Below, piece by piece: positions 61,869 to 64,000 of a stretch of DNA of 64,000 bases. Positions within the stretch are counted from its first letter, which is position 1, and each line of letters opens with the position of its first letter. Position numbers and translations under genes: made by a program. The notes beneath the pieces are model-generated. The model ran no database searches. It saw nothing but the letters and a program-made list of their open reading frames with translations, and was not told the DNA's origin. The stretch is from Alphaproteobacteria bacterium (lineage in GTDB: Bacteria; Pseudomonadota; Alphaproteobacteria; UBA828). The stretch spans positions 868,741 through 932,740 of the forward strand of contig CBDCQT010000012.1 of the NCBI GenBank assembly GCA_965220745.1, in the 5' to 3' direction.

Positions 61869-62303
61869 GTGCCGAGCGTCCTACTGTCCGGGCCTGCCGG
61901 GGCCGCAAAGAGCGCTCTAGCACGGCGGCTCCTCGAGGAGCATCCGCAGCTCGCGATCATCGCCGATTTCCAGCTTGTGTACCGGGCGCTCACGGACGTG
62001 GAACGCGGGCGCAACGGGCGCTATCCGCTTCGCGACGATCGGCTTCTGCCCATCACTGAATATGTCCGCCGCGCGATCATCACCGGCGCGACGGCTCGCG
62101 AGATAGACGTGATCGCGACCAATTCGGACGGCGACCCCGAACGGCGCGCCGCGCTTCTGGCGGCGCTGGGGCCGGCCGCCGCGGAGCGCGTGGTGGATCC
62201 GGGCCGGGAGATCGTGGCGGCGCGGCTGGCGGATCCGGAGACAGGCGAGCTTTCCGACGAATGCGACGCGGCGATCGGCCGCTGGTACGGGAGGCTGCGA
62301 TGA
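61869..62303 (+). CDS. small P-loop NTPase/kinase-like protein (AAA_33-like)
   Basis: LLSGPAGAAKS Walker A; 144 aa; stop overlaps the protease start. Confidence 0.7.
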   Translation: MPSVLLSGPAGAAKSALARRLLEEHPQLAIIADFQLVYRALTDVERGRNGRYPLRDDRLLPITEYVRRAIITGATAREIDVIATNSDGDPERRAALLAALGPAAAERVVDPGREIVAARLADPETGELSDECDAAIGRWYGRLR

Positions 62304-62773
62304 CTGAGCTGCGGTGCGCGATCGAGTTGCGGGCGGACGATGCCCGCGAGTCGCCCGGCCGGATCGTGGGAACGCTTGTCACCTATGGCGAGCGCGCCGG
62401 CGATCGTGCCGAGCTGTTCACGCCGGGCGCCCTGACCTGGCCGGACGGCGGCGTGATCTTGAACGAGCAGCACAACCGCCAGGCGCCGATCATGCGCTTC
62501 GTGCCGACCGTCGAAGGTCGGCAGGTCCGCATCGACGCGGCGCTCCCCGACACGCAACGCGGCCGCGACGCGGCGACCATGGTCCGCAACGGCACCTTCA
62601 CCGGCCTGTCTGTCGAGTTCCGTGCGCGGCGGGAAACCCGTTCGGCTGGCGGCGTGCGGGAAATCCACGCTGCGGAGCTTGGCGGCGCCGGCTTGGTCGA
62701 CTCCCCGTCCTATCGCGGCTCAAGCGTGGAAGTGCGCCACAAGGGCCGCAGGCGCCGCCGGCTATGGCTGTAG
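62300..62773 (+). CDS. HK97-family prohead protease
   Basis: ELFTPGAL, LNEQHN (His), GLSVEF (Ser) and LVDSPSY. Confidence 0.85.
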   Translation: MTELRCAIELRADDARESPGRIVGTLVTYGERAGDRAELFTPGALTWPDGGVILNEQHNRQAPIMRFVPTVEGRQVRIDAALPDTQRGRDAATMVRNGTFTGLSVEFRARRETRSAGGVREIHAAELGGAGLVDSPSYRGSSVEVRHKGRRRRRLWL

Positions 62774-63135
62774 CGGCGCTTTCCCCCTGGCCGTCTGCGA
62801 CGGCGACGGTGGCGCTCACCGCTGCCCGCGCCGCGCTCAAAGCCGAGACCGGCGCCAGCGCGGCAACCGACGATGAGCTGGACCGAGTCGGCGCTGCGGC
62901 TTCTGCCGTGATCGAACGCTACTCACCGGATGCGCCGGCCGTGGTACGCGGCGAAGCGCTGGTGCGCTTGGCCGGCTACATCCTGCAATCGGCGCACCGG
63001 CAAGCGAGCACGGGCATGACGGTAGGGCCGCTCACGACCGAGTACCCCGCCAATCATGCAGCGATGTTCCGGCACTCCGGGGCGATGGCGCTTCTGTCGC
63101 CGTGGAAGCGGCGCCGCGCGGGGGCGATCGGCTGA
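62764..63135 (+). CDS. head-tail connector-like protein (gp6-like)
   Basis: 123 aa helical protein; AASAVIERY..AP.VV..ALVRL...ALLSPWKRR pattern; between protease and portal. Confidence 0.65.
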   Translation: MAVAALSPWPSATATVALTAARAALKAETGASAATDDELDRVGAAASAVIERYSPDAPAVVRGEALVRLAGYILQSAHRQASTGMTVGPLTTEYPANHAAMFRHSGAMALLSPWKRRRAGAIG

Positions 63136-64000
63136 TGCCCTGGCGCTGGCCGTGGTCGCCTGCGGAACGCCGCGAGGCCGCCTCGTACTCTGAGCTGGTC
63201 ACGCGGCTGATCGCATCGCAAGCGCAAGGGCAGACCGTCGAGGCGAACGCCACGGCCGCCGTCGAGGCCGCCAGCGGCGCGCTGAGTCGGGCCTTCGCCT
63301 GCGCGATGGTCGAGGGGCCTGAATGGGCTCGCGACGTGGTAACGCCGCGTTTCCTGGCGCAAGTGGGGCGCGACCTGGTGCGCGTCGGCGAAACGCTGCA
63401 CGTGATCCGGATCGATCGCACGGGCCGCGCCTACCTGGTGCCGTGCTCAAGCTGGTATTGGGAAGGCGCCGACGATCCGGGAGAGTGGATGGTGACGGCG
63501 ACAAGCGTAGCGCCTTCCGGCTCCACAACGTGGCGCTTGCCGATGGCGGCCGTGATCTTCTGCACCTGGGGAGTGCCGACCGCGCGGCCGCATCACGGGC
63601 TCGCACCGTCCGTCTGGGCCTCAAGCACGGCGCGGATGGCGGCGGAAGCCGACAAGTCCCTGGGCGACGAAGCGGCGGGGCCGCTCGCGCAAATGCTCGC
63701 CATCCCGCAAGACGGCGGCGACGGCGGCGACGATGATCCGCTCGCCTTGATGAAGGCCGACATAAGGGACGCGCGGGGCAAGGCGCTTCTGGTCGAAACC
63801 ACGGCCGCCGGCTGGGGCGATGGCCGGGGTGCCGCACCGATGGCCGATTGGAAGGCATCGCGACTCGGGCCTTCCCCGCCCGCTGGTCTGGTCGAGTTGC
63901 GAAGGGATGCCTTCAACGCGGTACTGGCGGCGTGCGGCACCCCGCCAAGCCTCTTTGCCGATGCGGACGGCACCGCCCAACGTGAAGCGCTGCGGCGGTG
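63135..64000 (+). CDS. portal protein (truncated by window end; absent from the ORF track because it has no stop)
   Basis: Open frame MPWRWPWSPAERREAASY...AVEAASGALSRAFA...DLVRVGE...HGLAP...VLAACGTPPSLF, with portal-like motifs. Confidence 0.75.
   Translation, partial: MPWRWPWSPAERREAASYSELVTRLIASQAQGQTVEANATAAVEAASGALSRAFACAMVEGPEWARDVVTPRFLAQVGRDLVRVGETLHVIRIDRTGRAYLVPCSSWYWEGADDPGEWMVTATSVAPSGSTTWRLPMAAVIFCTWGVPTARPHHGLAPSVWASSTARMAAEADKSLGDEAAGPLAQMLAIPQDGGDGGDDDPLALMKADIRDARGKALLVETTAAGWGDGRGAAPMADWKASRLGPSPPAGLVELRRDAFNAVLAACGTPPSLFADADGTAQREALRR

Larger units (their letters stand above)
54592..64000 (+). mobile_element. tRNA-Lys-integrated phage-related element (capsid-forming satellite/cf-PICI-like or small prophage); continues past the window end
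   Basis: att fragment, integrase, AlpA-like protein, HTH replication protein, TerL, HNH, capsid, protease, head-tail connector and portal. Confidence 0.85.

Noticed and set aside
58267-64000. Gene transfer agent (RcGTA-like)
   Set aside because: An att site, integrase, AlpA and HNH are present, and the gene order differs from RcGTA.

Overview
High-GC bacterial window, most likely an alphaproteobacterium (polA, tig-clpP-clpX-lon next to tRNA-Leu, small zf-CHCC protein). It has three parts. (1) 1-12.9 kb is housekeeping DNA ending in divergent tRNA-Leu(TAG) and tRNA-Ser(TGA). (2) 13-54.5 kb is an accessory catabolic region: pfkB-zwf-pgl-edd, two complete three-subunit molybdenum hydroxylases flanking an ATP-dependent hydantoinase/oxoprolinase pair, a second such pair, a hydantoin racemase, an M20 hydrolase, BMP and PotABCD-type ABC importers with two paralogous Tat-exported binding proteins, a strongly diverged GroES-less GroEL paralog, a voltage-gated channel with a TLEDWTD filter, an integrase relic and a LysR. 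(3) From 54.6 kb to the window end is an element bounded by the 3' half of tRNA-Lys(TTT). It encodes an integrase, an AlpA-like protein, a small HTH replication protein with iterons, and a rearranged HK97-type head/packaging module (TerL, HNH, capsid, P-loop protein, protease, head-tail connector, portal), with no tail or lysis genes so far. Best candidates for something new: this capsid-forming satellite-like element, the degenerate chaperonin at the end of the Tat-SBP ABC operon, and the Mo-hydroxylase/lactamase pathway. All calls come from manual motif reading; no database searches were run.
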